A stretch of DNA of 64,000 nucleotides, taken from contig NC_042998.1 in NCBI RefSeq assembly GCF_006345805.1, positions 53,134,001 through 53,198,000 of the forward strand, written 5' to 3'. The stretch's first letter is position 1; each line of letters starts with the position of its first letter. The position numbers and the translations under genes were made by a program. Positions 26,998-40,000 of this stretch are shown one piece after another. The notes beneath the pieces were generated by a model. It saw only the letters and a list, made by a program, of their open reading frames with translations. It searched no databases and was not told the DNA's origin. This stretch comes from Octopus sinensis. Its lineage: Eukaryota.

Positions 26998-27522
26998 TAT
27001 ATATATATATTATATATATATATATGCACATATATATACATGCACATATATATATGTTCATATCGTATACACTCACACATATTCATTATGTATGTGTGTG
27101 TATATGTGTGTGTGTATACACACACACAAATTCATACATACTTATAAATACCTTTATAAATTTATATACACACATTCACAAATTCATACATATACATTTA
27201 TAGTTATATATACACACATTTAAACACACACGCACACACACTGTTATTTAAAACTTGGCACAATATTTCTTGCAGCTGATAATAATCATGTCAATCAGAC
27301 CAATAGCTATGCCAAGTTTTGAATAAAAGAATATTAAACTTTACGCTTGTATCATGTATTGAGTACTAAATTTAAAAGAAGACCATTTCAATTGAACCAA
27401 ATTCAATGAATCTGTGTGTGATTGATTGATTGATTAATAGACAGATAGTTATAGATAGAGAGATAGATAGATAGATACAGATAGATAGACAGACAGACAG
27501 ATGTGTGTGTATATATATATAT

Positions 27523-27553
<31 letters not shown>

Positions 27554-27558
27554 TAGAG

Positions 27559-27618
<60 letters not shown>

Positions 27619-27619
<1 letters not shown>

Positions 27620-28715
27620 TGTTTCTTTATTAGCCACACAGGGCTGCACACAGATAGAACAAATTACAAGGTAGAGCTTTTCTTTTGAAGGTTTAAAAAA
27701 AAAGGAAGGGGGAGTTTCGATCAAAAGGGATCGTAAAAGGAGAGAAAGAGGACAAAAAGAAGGGGGGTTAAAAAAAAAAAAAAAAGGGGGAGAGGAAAAA
27801 AAAATTGATCAATAGGGATCGTTATCACAGAAATGTCAATATGAAGTGTAAAGGGGAGGACAGGTGAGGTTTACCCGTGGAAAGAAAAGCCTACGGAAAA
27901 GACCACGGTAACCTCGGTCAATGAAGTCACATTTTATATGTCTTTTTTTTTTTTTTTTTTTTTTTTTGCAAATAAGCAACTCTCTGTTTTCGATTTCTGG
28001 GTTCATAGGACTATGCTCAAGGTGGCTTCGTCATTCATATGTGCCATTCTTGCTACATTCACCCATCTTTTTTTAAAACATTCGCTAGACAAAACTTGCC
28101 TCTCTACTCTCACTTTCCTTTTCAAGTGGTACTTGAAGAAGTTGATGAGAGATTGACCAGAGAGGAAAGTGTTTGTCTCCAATCCTTTCAGACGCGTCCA
28201 CCAGATACATTCTTTCGCCATAGCCACAAGGATGATGAAAATAGCTCTTCCTTCCCGTTTGAAGGAAGGAGGCGTGACAATATTGACGATAGACTCAGCT
28301 GATAAACCGACTCGTCCCACATGTGACAGCAGTTGTTTGACATAAGCCCACAGGTCGGAAATTGTTGGACACTGAACGAGTGCATGCAGAACGGTTTCGT
28401 CGCTCTGACCGCATCTCGGGCAGGTCGGCCCCGTGTTTCTCGAGCCGTGTCTGTAGAGCTTATCCCGAACGGGTAGCGCTTCTCGGTAGCACTGCCAGGC
28501 CAGGGATCTCTGGAAGTTGTCCATGGGCCCTGGCCCGAAAGTCGTCCCGAACAGGCGGGTCAGGTACTCCTCGTCGACGTCCAGGTTCGCCCCGAGCTCG
28601 TCGTCGTACCTCCCCTCCACTAAACCCCTATAGAATGCTTTGGTTGTGTTGAAGTCACTTAAGGTCGACCCAGGACGGCAGAGTTGCTTGAGAGCAACGC
28701 GACACTCGCGGTGCC
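27619..28715 (-). mobile_element. 5'-truncated Tx1/L1-clade LINE inserted in (GATA)n
   Basis: ORF2 C-terminus plus 3'UTR ending aataaagaaac. Long (GATA)n arrays on both sides. Confidence 0.85.

Positions 28716-28716
<1 letters not shown>
28003..28716 (-). pseudogene. LINE ORF2 C-terminal fragment with zf-RVT-like zinc knuckle
   Basis: Open frame WHRECRVALKQL...AWQCYREALPVRDKL...CPRCGQSDETVLHALVQCP...W. CCHC motif typical of L1/Tx1 ORF2; no start because of 5' truncation. Confidence 0.85.
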
Positions 28717-28811
<95 letters not shown>

Positions 28812-29409
28812 GGATGGACAGACAGAGACAGACAGACAGAAAGATTGATAAATCTTATACATATACACACATATATAAACACACATTATATATACATACA
28901 TATATACACACACATATATCATCCTCACCATCGCCATGATGATTGTTTTATTGTCTACTTTCCTATGCTTGCTTAGCTCAGATGAATTTCACTGAGGTTA
29001 ACTTTCAATGACCAGATGGCCTTCTTGTTGTTAACTTTCACTTGTTTCCAAGCAAGACATATTCCCATTGAAGATTGGAAACAAAAGAAACAGCTTGTAT
29101 GACAGGGAAGCTCATTTACAACACTTGCGAGATGTCAACATGAGGAGACACAAACATACACGCATACACATCCATAGACAGATATATATACACACATGGT
29201 TGACTTCTTGCAGTTTCTGCTAACAAAATCCACTCACAGAAATTTTAGTTAGTCCAGGGATAGAGTAGACATTACTGACACTTGCCTAAGGTGCCCTATA
29301 CTAGAACTGAACCAAAAACTATCTAGTTGGAAAATGAAATTCTTAGCTACACTGCCATACCTGCACCTGACACACATTCACACACACACATATGTATATA
29401 TATATATAG

Positions 29410-29888
29410 ATCACTGTGACCAACCAGGCTATCAGATGTTGCTACATAACACTAGTCACAATGCACTTCACATTGTTTTTCAAATGATGTCACGACGCTG
29501 GCTAAACAAGCAGGCTAACATAAGAAAGAGTGAGAGAAAGTTGTGGTGAAAGAGTACAGCAGGGATCGCCACCACCCCATGCAGGAGCCTCGTGGAGCTT
29601 TAGGTGTTTTCGCTCAATAAACACTCACAACGCCTGGTCTGGGAATCGAAACCGCGATCCTACAACCACGAGTCCGCTGCCCTAACCACTGGGCCATTGT
29701 GCCTCCACATATATATATGTGGTCGTAGGATCATGGTTTCGATTCCCATATGTATATATATATATATATATGTGGATGCGCAATGGCCCAGTGGTTAGGG
29801 CAGTGGACTCATGGCTGTAGGATCATGGTTTTGATTCCCAGACCAGGCATTGTGAGTGTTTATTGAGCGAAAACACCTAAAGCTCACC
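29410..29888. mobile_element. Two head-to-head SINE family D copies
   Basis: 29410-29708 (-) and 29772-29888 (+) share the head gcaatggcccagtggttagggcag. Confidence 0.75.
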
Positions 29889-29889
29889 T

Positions 29890-30460
29890 AAATGAGGGAA
29901 ATGGAAAATGGATTAAGCAATAATCTTTATTCAGCACAACGATTGGTTTGACCCATCCTGTGTCTGTCCCTTATGGGTAGGATATAATAGTATCTAGTTG
30001 TGTTGCATCCATCAATGCAAGATGTGTCTCATCAGGTGCATGGTGTAAATAAGATACATTACTACATATACTGAGATTCGCTTGGCATGTAGTTGCCGAC
30101 CATAATGTGTAGCCAACACTCTACAGGCAACTAAAACAGGCCAAGTGAATCTCATATCTTATTTACACCAGACACCTGATGAGACACACCTTGCATTGAT
30201 AAAGGCAACATAACTAGATGCTATTACATCACACTCTTAAAGGATAGATGCAGGATGGGTCGAAACAATTGTTGTGCTCAATAAAGATTATTGCTTATTC
30301 CATTTTCCATTTTTTTCATTCATTATAAACTCGACAAACACTGCAGAATTCATAACACAGATCCAGTGTCAACTATATCATAACTGTGGATGATATCATG
30401 TGGTCTAAATGGTGAAAGTGCTCTAATCGGAATTACTATTAGACATCTCTCCAAAGTCAA
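29890..30460. mobile_element. Fold-back Penelope-type element
   Basis: 29890-30056 and 30155-30320 are diverged inverted repeats, each with a hammerhead core. Confidence 0.75.
30173..30276 (+). ncRNA. Hammerhead ribozyme with long stem II
   Basis: cac-CTGATGA-gac...(ccttgcat...atgcagg)...gtc-GAAAC-aatt-GTT-gtg. About 79 nt between the core boxes. Confidence 0.65.
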
Positions 30461-30490
30461 AAATGTTACTTATATATATATATATACACA

Positions 30491-30682
30491 CAGTGATCCC
30501 TCGACCATCGTTGGTGTTATGTTCCAAAAACCCTTGCAGTAGTACTGTATAATTTTTTTTTAATTTTTATAACTTGTATATATTTATTTCATTATAAATG
30601 CAAAACAACACCACAGAGAAATCGACATAGGCTTAAATAGTAAACTATGATAGGTGGACTGTGATATGGTGAGGGATTACTG
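30491..30682. mobile_element. pogo/Tigger-type MITE
   Basis: TIRs cagtgatccctc / gagggattactg in a TA/CA context. Confidence 0.65.
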
Positions 30683-31699
30683 CATATATATAAGCACACA
30701 CACTCACACTCATATATATATATATAACTTTTAATTAAATTCCTGATTCTCAGTCAAAAGATCAAGGAGAACATTGCTGAATAAAGAAATGGAAGCATTA
30801 CAAATATAAAGTGCATAATTCTTGTTTCTGATATTGACTTGATAGCACATGCAAACTGTTAGAGCACTTTCACGCCTCACTAGAAGTTGAAAAGTGATTT
30901 TGCGAACAATAAAGAACAAGTCAAAATAAAAAAAAAGGAACAAAAGGCCTTTTCTCTTGTGATATTGCTCTTCTTAACTTGAGGGCAGTATCTACCTCTC
31001 TACATTAACCACACCTTCATCACAAAGTGGAATTCATAAAAGTTCAGAGTTGATCATATTTGTTTTCATCTTGTCCACAACAGCCACCAAATAGAATAAA
31101 ACTATCCAACCTTTTCAGACAAACGAAGGCAATGAGGTAATTCTCAAGATAATCTTGACTGATATTAAGCTGTTTGACATAATTCCACAATTCAGCAATG
31201 CTTGGATACAGAATGAGTCTCAGTAGATGGTTTCATTGCACTGTAACTATCTGAGAAGGGCTTAACTGATGATGCTTCCAAGCCTGTAGAGTTTATTTTG
31301 AAATGGCAATACCTCCTAATAGCATGGCTATTCCAAAGATTTCTGAGTGGTATTCATATACTCTGGACAGAAAGCTCTCTAAATCAATTATTCCTTTGAT
31401 CTCCATCAATGCCTAGAATCTTTCCAAGAACACTGTAATTCTTGCTCTTGTCAAAGAATCATCTATACAATGAGTGGATTGTTTTTTTATAACACTCCAG
31501 TTTTTCTACTGAGAGCTGCTGCAAGCCATTGAGATACAAACTTGGAATCAAACAACATACGCTTATCATGGGCCACTAAAAATCTAATTTTGCCTTTATT
31601 TTATCTACTACCACTGCCACCCAGGCCCACTGAAAAGCATGTACCTTAGCTCTGAGAATGCATTTCCTGAAGAAATGGTTCTACATTAATTTTATGGTT

Positions 31700-32230
31700 A
31701 GCACAGGATGTTGTTTGGTTGTGATGCTTTTCTAATTACCACTTTTAATCTATTAACTAGCCTCCCATCTAATCTATTGTTTTCTATGGCTAATTCTTTG
31801 CAATATCCTATTGATTCCATTCTAATGATTCAATTCAAGGCAGACAACCACTGTACATTCATACAGCATTTTTATAATGACCACCTCTATCTTGGTTCTC
31901 AACAGAAGATAGCAATGATATAATGTATGTCAATTATTTTCAAATCTGATCTAAAATTTTTCTGGACATGTATCTTGATAATACAATAAAGATAAAAAAT
32001 GTCTGCAAATATAGATTTTAATACACTTTGTTTGACAGCATCCATTTCGTGAACTAAATATCAGAGCAAACTCAGATGTTGCTTGTAGATAAAGGATATC
32101 AGCTGTTAAAGAGTGCATTTTTTATGAAAACTTTACCAGAACAATGATGATTAAAGTGTTCTTCACTGAAGCCAAAAGTCTTGTTACAGCTTGTTAATGT
32201 GATGTTTTTAGAAATGTAGTTTTCCCATCT
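31700..32230 (-). mobile_element. Very decayed LINE reverse-transcriptase remnant
   Basis: Minus frame AVKQSVLKSIFADIF resembles the GVKQG.VL.P.LF motif. Confidence 0.3.
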
Positions 32231-32388
32231 AGGGAATGTTAAAATTTGGATTTATGTAAACCTTGCAATCAGAATATGGGGGAAGCAGCTCTCTCCAACT
32301 GGTGAAAGACAAAATGCTTCTTCCTTTCAATCTAGGAAAAAAGGTAGAAGAGAAGAGTAGGTGGTCTGATGGGAAATTATATATCCCT

Positions 32389-32604
32389 CCCTTTAGCTTT
32401 CAGATTAATAAGTCAAATATAATGCATATTTATTCACATAGTTTTGAATTAATCATGCATTACCTTTGAGATTTTGATGATGCAATAGTTACTTTTAAAA
32501 TGATAATGTTGGGTAGATGTGAAAGGCTGGGTCTGGTTGGTTTTAACATAAAATAGATAGAATATATTGGCTGGATATGATCAGTTTAAATGCTAAAGGG
32601 TTAA
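32389..32604. mobile_element. piggyBac-type MITE (family 1)
   Basis: ccctttagc...gctaaagggTTAA. Confidence 0.65.
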
Positions 32605-32756
32605 ATATAATCTGCAACATTAAAAAAGCAGATAACATTGCAGCTTCAGTGGCACACACACAGAGTAAATCTCTCTGGAGCATACAAAGTTTGAATTTTA
32701 ACCAACTACTTCAAACTGAGAGGTAATAAAATAATAGGATATTGTGACTTTATTCT

Positions 32757-33080
32757 AGGGGCTCAGTGGTTAGAGCATCAGGCTTACAATCATGAGGTAA
32801 TGAGTCTGATTCTTGGATTGAGCTGTGTGTTGTGTTCTTGAGCAAGACACTTTATTTCATGTTGCTCCAGTTCACTCAGCTGCAGAAATGAGTTGCAACA
32901 TCACTGGTGCCAAGCTGTACTGTTCTTTGTCTTTCCCTTGGATAACATCGGTGCCATGAAGAGGGAAAACTGGTATGCATGGGCAACTGTTGGTCTTCCA
33001 TAAGCAACTTGCCCAGACTTGTGCCACAGAGGGGAAATTTCTAGATGCAATCCCATGGTCATTCATGACCAAAGGGGGTC
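32757..33080 (+). mobile_element. SINE family C
   Basis: ggctcagtggttagagc...gtgttcttgagcaagacactt...ccagttcactcagctg. Confidence 0.85.
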
Positions 33081-33604
33081 TTTATCCTTTTTATAGAGAA
33101 ATAGATAAATTGTAACAAATATATAAATAGCAAATTCCAAGAACAGAATATACCATTTAGTAAATGCAAGGGTTATTATCAACAAAGAATTTATAATAGC
33201 AAGATCGCCAATGAGAAGATGAGTATATGAAAGATTTGAATAATTAGCTTTCTCATTGTACTGTAGTTATGAAACAGATCTGTAACTGGCTGTAGATTAT
33301 TCGGTACTGGGCCACAGGGCCACACAGAAAGAATACATATTCAATCTCATTTCTATTTCCATGAGTGTCACAGTCTGCATGGTGTTTTCTTATTATATAT
33401 GTAATAATTAAATAATAGTGTTTGGAAGGAAATCCAGCCATAGAAAAAAACAAAAAGACATGCCAAAGCAGACAGTAGAGCTTGATGCAGTCTTCTGACT
33501 TGCCAGCTCCTGTCAAGCCATCCAACCTTGCCAGCATAGAAAAAAGACGTTAAATGAAGTTGCTGATGATGATGATGCACTTTTATTGTGCACCTACAAT
33601 GTTG

Positions 33605-33820
33605 GACAAAGGGGACCATATCAGATGTTATATTTTGGTGACAAAAATCACTTAACTATATTGATGCTATTAGTTGAGATACAGAACATGAAACTGAGGA
33701 TCTACCAAAATTAATGTCTGTCAGAGATTCCTGGTTCAGGAATCTCTGTTCCCTAGTAGTATCTCGATTGCCACCACTTGAAGGTGAAAGAAACTAATAA
33801 CTGAATTTCAAGCCAACATG
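33605..33820. repeat. Unclassified dispersed repeat (second copy ~36380-36620)
   Basis: Shared gacaaaaatcact...gagattcctg...ggaatctc...ccacttgaa.gtgaaagaaactaata. Confidence 0.7.
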
Positions 33821-34764
33821 ATACCCTGGTCCATGGAAAAATTGTCTCATAAAACTTGATCATGGTTCAAAAAGGTTGGGGAAGGCTATTACAAGTGATA
33901 GGGAGAAAAAAGAACAATATGAATTTATGGGTGTTTACTGGTTTAAAACCAGCTTTCTTTGGATGAATGGCATTATACTATAAACAGTCAGTGTAATACG
34001 AATTTCACTCTCATTATTCTCATGGGTTCCATAGAAAACACACCAAGAGGAAACTCTCATTAAAATAGCTTTCTATGTCAATGCAAATCCACAACAGGCA
34101 TCGTGGATAATTTAGCTGGACCGGTTTGATAAACATTGTTTTATGGAATTGTCCTGAAGTAATTTCATTTACTTCCAAATATTTGACAATTGTATTAGTA
34201 CCACAAGCAAATCATTTGTTGATTATGTGACCCTTGCAAGTTAAGCTGTCCTATAGGATCCCATTATCAGTGAAGCATGAACCAGTGAATCAAAACTAAT
34301 AAAAGTTTGCTTGAGAAAGAAAGACTAAGCTAACGAGTTAACGATCTCACAAGATAAAAGCTAATGGTCTATGTACATTCCATGCTAAGACACAGACCAT
34401 TTATCAGCTGGGGAGTTAATCAGTTTAAATTTGGTTTAATTTGTCCATAAAAGATGTAATAGTTAACCAGCTGAACTTAAAGCACATTAAATCACAGGTT
34501 TGGGTAGTGTACATTCTTTGAGAAAAGCATCATATTGTATTTCACAATAAATTAGTTCGCAGATAAATAATTTCATAAATTAAAAAAAAAGCAGCTTAAT
34601 TCCCAATCATATAGTTTTGGGTTCAGTTCCATGGCATGAAACCTTAGGAAAGTGTCTTATACTATAGACCTGAGCTGACCAAAGCCTTGTGAGTGGATTT
34701 GGTAGACAGAAACTAAAAGAAGCTCATCAATGTATGTGTGCGCCTTTGCATTTATTCTACACTA

Positions 34765-35098
34765 AGGAGTGGCTGTGGGGTAAGTAGCTTACTTATGAAC
34801 CACATGGTTTCGGGTTCAGTCCCACTGCATGGCACCTTGAAAGAATGTCTTCTACTATAACCTCGGGCTGACCAAAGCCTTGTGAGAGGATTTGGTAGAT
34901 GGAAACTGAAAGAAGCCTGTCGCAGAATGCCACTTATATTTGAACACTATACAAATATTCCTTTAAAAAAACTTTTCTTTTAATTTTTCTAAATTTAATT
35001 ATTTAATCATTACAGTTGAAAAGGTCTCAAAATGACCGAAACCGGTACTGAAATGTTCTTTATAAAATTATTTTAGCATTTTCTATTTTGACTTGTTT

Positions 35099-35143
<45 letters not shown>

Positions 35144-35340
35144 GTATGTGTATGTATATGTTTGTGTGTCTGTGCTGGTGTGTTTACGTCACCATAACTT
35201 AGCTGTTTGGCAAAAGAGGCCGATAGAATAAGTACTAGGCTTACAAAGAATAAGTTCTGGGGTCAATTTGCTCGACTAAAGACGGTGCTCCAGCATGGCC
35301 ACAGTCAAATGACTGAAACAAGTAAAAGAGTAAAGAGTAA
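34765..35340 (+). mobile_element. SINE family A split by a Penelope-type fragment (~34925-35102)
   Basis: Head and body run to gaagcctgtcg, then foreign sequence and (TA)n, then the tail ggtgtgtttacgtcacc...tgactgaaacaag. Confidence 0.7.
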
Positions 35341-37761
35341 AAGAGAGTAGTTTGACAGTCAATGTTGGTTTGTTAATGTCACTGTAACTTAGTAGTTCAG
35401 CAAAGGAGACCAACAGGATAAGTAACAGGCTTAAAAGACAATAAGTACTGTGGTCAAATTGTCTAACTAAAACCTTCAACACGGTGCTCCAGCAAGGCCA
35501 CAGTCTAATGACTGAAACAAGTGAAAGACAGAAGAAAGATAATTAATACTGACTGGATTAGTCTGTAACATCATCATTTCAATACTAATTTAAATCTTCT
35601 TTGTGTTTGCTTACTCACAAAGAAAGGTAATATACACATTTATATATGTGTAGGTTAGTGAAGACACATGGTTCACCATCATAAGGCCAGGAGTTCAATT
35701 CCCAACAGTGCCTTGTATCCTTGAGTAAGATACTTTGCTTCATATTGCTCCAGTCAACACAAGGAAAAAAGGAGTTATACCTGTAATTCAAAGGGCCAGT
35801 CCTATCACAGTCTGTGTCACACTGAATCTCCCTAAGAACTACATTAAGAGTACATGTGTCTCTTGCATGTTAATTGCATGAACAGGCTGTTCCACTGATT
35901 GGATCAAGTGGAACCCTCAGGTTGCTATATAATTATATTCCCTATCAATGTTTCCATGCTGCTATCCAAAAAGATACACAGGATTCTTGTAAATGTGAAG
36001 CAGAGGAATGGATAGTTAATCTTCCAACATTTATATTTATATTGATCTCTGCTCCATATGAAGTGTAGATCACTAGCATGCCTTCATGCAAACACGATAT
36101 AGATTTAATCATATTGCTACATAATCACACAAAGTCTACCCAGCTGTGAATGGTAACCCTGCGATGGACTAGCCTTCTCTACTGAGCTGAAACCTGATTT
36201 ATAGAGAAGGAACTTTAAAATTATCTTAATGTTATATACACCGAGTTTCTCATTTGGGCTCAGAACATCTTATGACATAAACACAAGACCACAGGGAAGA
36301 TTATTTGTAAACATACTCAATGCATCGCTACTATTGCTGTTCAATGCAAGGTAGGGATTTCAGGCCTCAACTACCATGTTCAACAGAGGGGGACATATCA
36401 TATGTTATATTTTGGAGGCTTTGACACCCTCACAAAAGACAAAAATCACTCCTCAACCACATAGATGCTGTTAACTGAGACACAGAACATAAAATTAAAG
36501 ATCTGCCAAAACTAATGGCTGTCAGGGATTCCTGATGTAGGAATCTCCATTCTCTGGTAGCATCATGATTGCTACCACTTGAAAGTGAAAGAAACTAATA
36601 GCTGAATTTTTAGCCAACAAAGGAGCCTTTACACGGTCAGTTGATCAGTTAAAAATAGTGAAATCTCACTTAGATAACACCCTAAAATCTTTTGAAAAAC
36701 AAAAAGGGGCTTATTGGATAATGCTGTTCAGAGTACACAATATCAGGAGAAAAAAAATGGCTGGGATACTTTTGATCGCAGCCCTTCTTTATCAGGGCTG
36801 ACGCAAGCATAAAAACAAAATGTGATCTGTAGCAGATAAAAGCTAGCTTGTAATATAAAATATGTAACCACTCAGATGGAAATCCTGGTGGAAATTTTAT
36901 TCCATTGTTTACAACAGGAAGTTATGCTCCAGGAAGTTGCATATATCAAGAAGTTTATCAATGATTATATACATGCATATTACACATATATATGTGTGTG
37001 TGTATGTGTATATATATATATATATAGCAAAGAAAGACTGAGTATTTACCCTTTATTACATATATGTGTGTGTATATGTATACGGTAGAGAAAGACTGGG
37101 CTATTTACCCTTGTATATACACATATATATCATATGTATACTTATATATGTGTACATATTTGAGTGTGTAAGAGGAAGGAGAGTGTATTTACAGATGTAG
37201 ATCAAAAAGTTATTCAATGAGTAAATTTGTTGCTATATATCATAACAATTCATAGATTGTTAGAGAATTCAATATATATTCTTCAACAGAGTGATGACTA
37301 AATCACATGGTCTCAAATAACTTTATCATCGGCAATACAAATGACATGAGTTGATGTATGGTTTGATGTTACTGTGGCTGAATAAATGAGCTGCTTCGGT
37401 CTAACCTGCTTCATACAACTAAAACCATTCATAAAATTTTTCTTGTCTTACATAAACAATATATATGTTTGTACTCCGACTGTCTCTTTCTCTCAAACGT
37501 ACATACACACATTACAAACCTGTATTAGTTCATGTGAGTTAATGTGCGAATGTATATGTTTATGTACATATATTCATTATCATTTTTGGGACTGTAAGAG
37601 TACAGGCATTACAAAGATATCTGGGAGGAGTATGCAGATATTCATATATACACATATAGGCATGTATATGTGCATGCTTACACATATATCTATGTGCTAC
37701 ATGTGTGTGTTTGTGTATGTGCCTATGTCTGTATGTGTATATACATATACATATATATATA

Positions 37762-38140
37762 TGGCTGTGTGGTAAGTAGCTTGATAACCAACCACATGGT
37801 TCCGGGTTCAGTCCCACTGCGTGGCAACTTGGGCAAGTGTCTTCTGCTATAGCCCCGGGCCGACCAATGCCTTGTGAGTGGATTTGGTAGACAGAAACTG
37901 AAATAAGTCTGTCGTATATATTTATATATATATATATATATATATGTGTGTTTGTCCCCCTAGCATTGTTTGACAACCGATGCTGGTGTGTTTACGTCAC
38001 CGTCACTTAGCGGTTTGGCAAAAGAGACCGAAAGAATAAGTACTGGGCTTACAAAAAGAATAAGTCCTGGGGTCGAGTTGTTCGATTAAAGGCGGTGCTC
38101 CAGCATGGTCGCAGTCAAATGACTGAAACAAGTAAAGAGA
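37762..38140 (+). mobile_element. Young full-length SINE family A
   Basis: Complete head, body, microsatellite and tail, with CpGs retained. Confidence 0.9.
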
Positions 38141-39216
38141 GAGTATATGTATACATACATATATATATATATGCATACACATATATATACATATATATAC
38201 CTATATATATACATACATATACATACTCATATGTACATACATAGTATACATACATATACATACATACACATACATACATACATATACACACATACATATA
38301 TATATACATACATATTTATATATACATACATACATATATATATACATATACATATATATACATACATATATATATATACATACATATATATACATACACA
38401 CATATACATACATATATGTATATACATACACATGCATATATACATACATATATATATGTATGTATATATATACATACATATACATACATGCATATAATTT
38501 CAGATGCATGTACAACCAAGAAAGAATATTTTTGCTTATAAATATAACTAAAAAGAAATCAAAGGTTGCTGAGAAAACACAAATAAGATGCACAATAAAG
38601 AGCAGTTTGGTCTGTTTTATTACCAACATAAATTTCACATTGCACTTCAATAAAAGCATTATATAATAACATCAAAGGACTTAGAAAAAAAATCAGCTGA
38701 GAGTGAACAATGTCATAGGTACTTTTCAGCAAATTTCCTTCTGATGTGTCCAATATTGTTCCGGATTCATTTGAGTTAGGAACTAATTTAACTAAAACAA
38801 CTATATCAGATACAGGTATATCTGTGTGGCTAAAAGAGTCCCTTTGTAATCAAATGGTTTTGGGTTTGATCCTTTAAATTCCTTTTTTTCCCCACACTAT
38901 GGTAACTTAGGTAGGTGATTTTTACTGTAGACTTGGATTGGCCTCTATCTTTTGAAATGGTGTGGAAGGTTGTCATATATATATATATATCAGAAATACT
39001 AAATTTCTAAATCTCTCATAGAGACATGTACGATGGTGGGGCGATAGAATGGTTGTATACTGTCAATCTAACACGAACGTGACAGTAGGGGAGTATACCA
39101 CCACTGTATAGCCCTAGGAAGCATCAACACCTCCTGATGGCTTGGACACATTTTTCCTGTGTCCTTATATACATTTACGAAGGGGAGACAAATACCCCCA
39201 GCCATCTGGGCTGCAT

Positions 39217-39259
39217 CTAGGGACACGTGTTTCAGGATGATTGTCCTTCATCGGCCTAG
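39217..39259 (-). ncRNA. Hammerhead-fold motif, variant core CCGAUGA
   Basis: Minus strand: ctagg-CCGATGA-agga-caatca-tcct-GAAAC-acgt-GTC-cctag. Confidence 0.75.
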
Positions 39260-39577
39260 AGTAGCAGACACCGGTCAGCTGACGATACCTGTCTCAACTC
39301 GTAATGTATATATCTAAATTTCAGTGAAGTCTATTCACTGATTATCAAAATCAGAAGTACTAAATTTCTAAATCTCTCGTAGAGACATGTACGGTGGTGG
39401 GGCGATAGAATGGTTGTATACTGTCAATCTAACACGAACGTGACAGTAGGGGGGTACACCACCGCTGTTTAGCCCTAGGAAGCATCGACGCCTCCTGATG
39501 GCTTTGACACATTTTTCCTGTGTCCTTATATACATTTACGAAGGGGAGACAAATACCCCCAGCCACCCGGGCTGCAT

Positions 39578-39620
39578 GTAGGGACACGTGTTTCAGGATG
39601 ATTGTCCTTCGTCGGCCTAA
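39578..39620 (-). ncRNA. Hammerhead-fold motif, variant core CCGACGA
   Basis: Minus strand: ttagg-CCGACGA-agga-caatca-tcct-GAAAC-acgt-GTC-cctac. Confidence 0.75.
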
Positions 39621-39792
39621 AGTAGCAGACACCGGTCAGCTGACGATACCTGTCTCGACTCGTAATGTATATATCTAAATTTAAAAATTTAGTATTTCTG
39701 ATTTTGATAATCAGTGAATAGATTTCACTGAAATTTAGATATATACATTACAAGTCAAGACAGGTATCGTCAGCTGACCGGTGTCTGCTACA

Positions 39793-39835
39793 CTAGGCCG
39801 ACGAAGGACAATCATCCTGAAACACATGTCCCTAG
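39793..39835 (+). ncRNA. Hammerhead-fold motif, variant core CCGACGA
   Basis: ctagg-CCGACGA-agga-caatca-tcct-GAAAC-acat-GTC-cctag. Confidence 0.75.
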
Positions 39836-40000
39836 ATGCAGCCCAGGCAGCTGGGAGTATTTGTCTCCCCTTCGTAAATGTATATAAGGACACAGGAAAA
39901 ATGTGTCAAAGCCATCAGGAGGCATCGATGCTTCCTAGGGCTAAACAGCGGTGGTGTACCCCCCTACTGTCACGTTCGTGTTAGATTGACAGTATACAAC

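Noticed and set aside
38115-38666. Y/I/C/V/H/T-rich ORFs (also near 9.7, 10.8, 15.8, 26.9, 40.9, 52.2 and 55.5 kb)
   Set aside because: Stop-free translations of (TA)n, (CA)n and (TACA)n microsatellites.
39289-39360. Plus-strand CTGACGA suggesting an opposite-polarity hammerhead in the 361-nt unit
   Set aside because: No stem II closing onto a GAAAC box and no stem I partner found.
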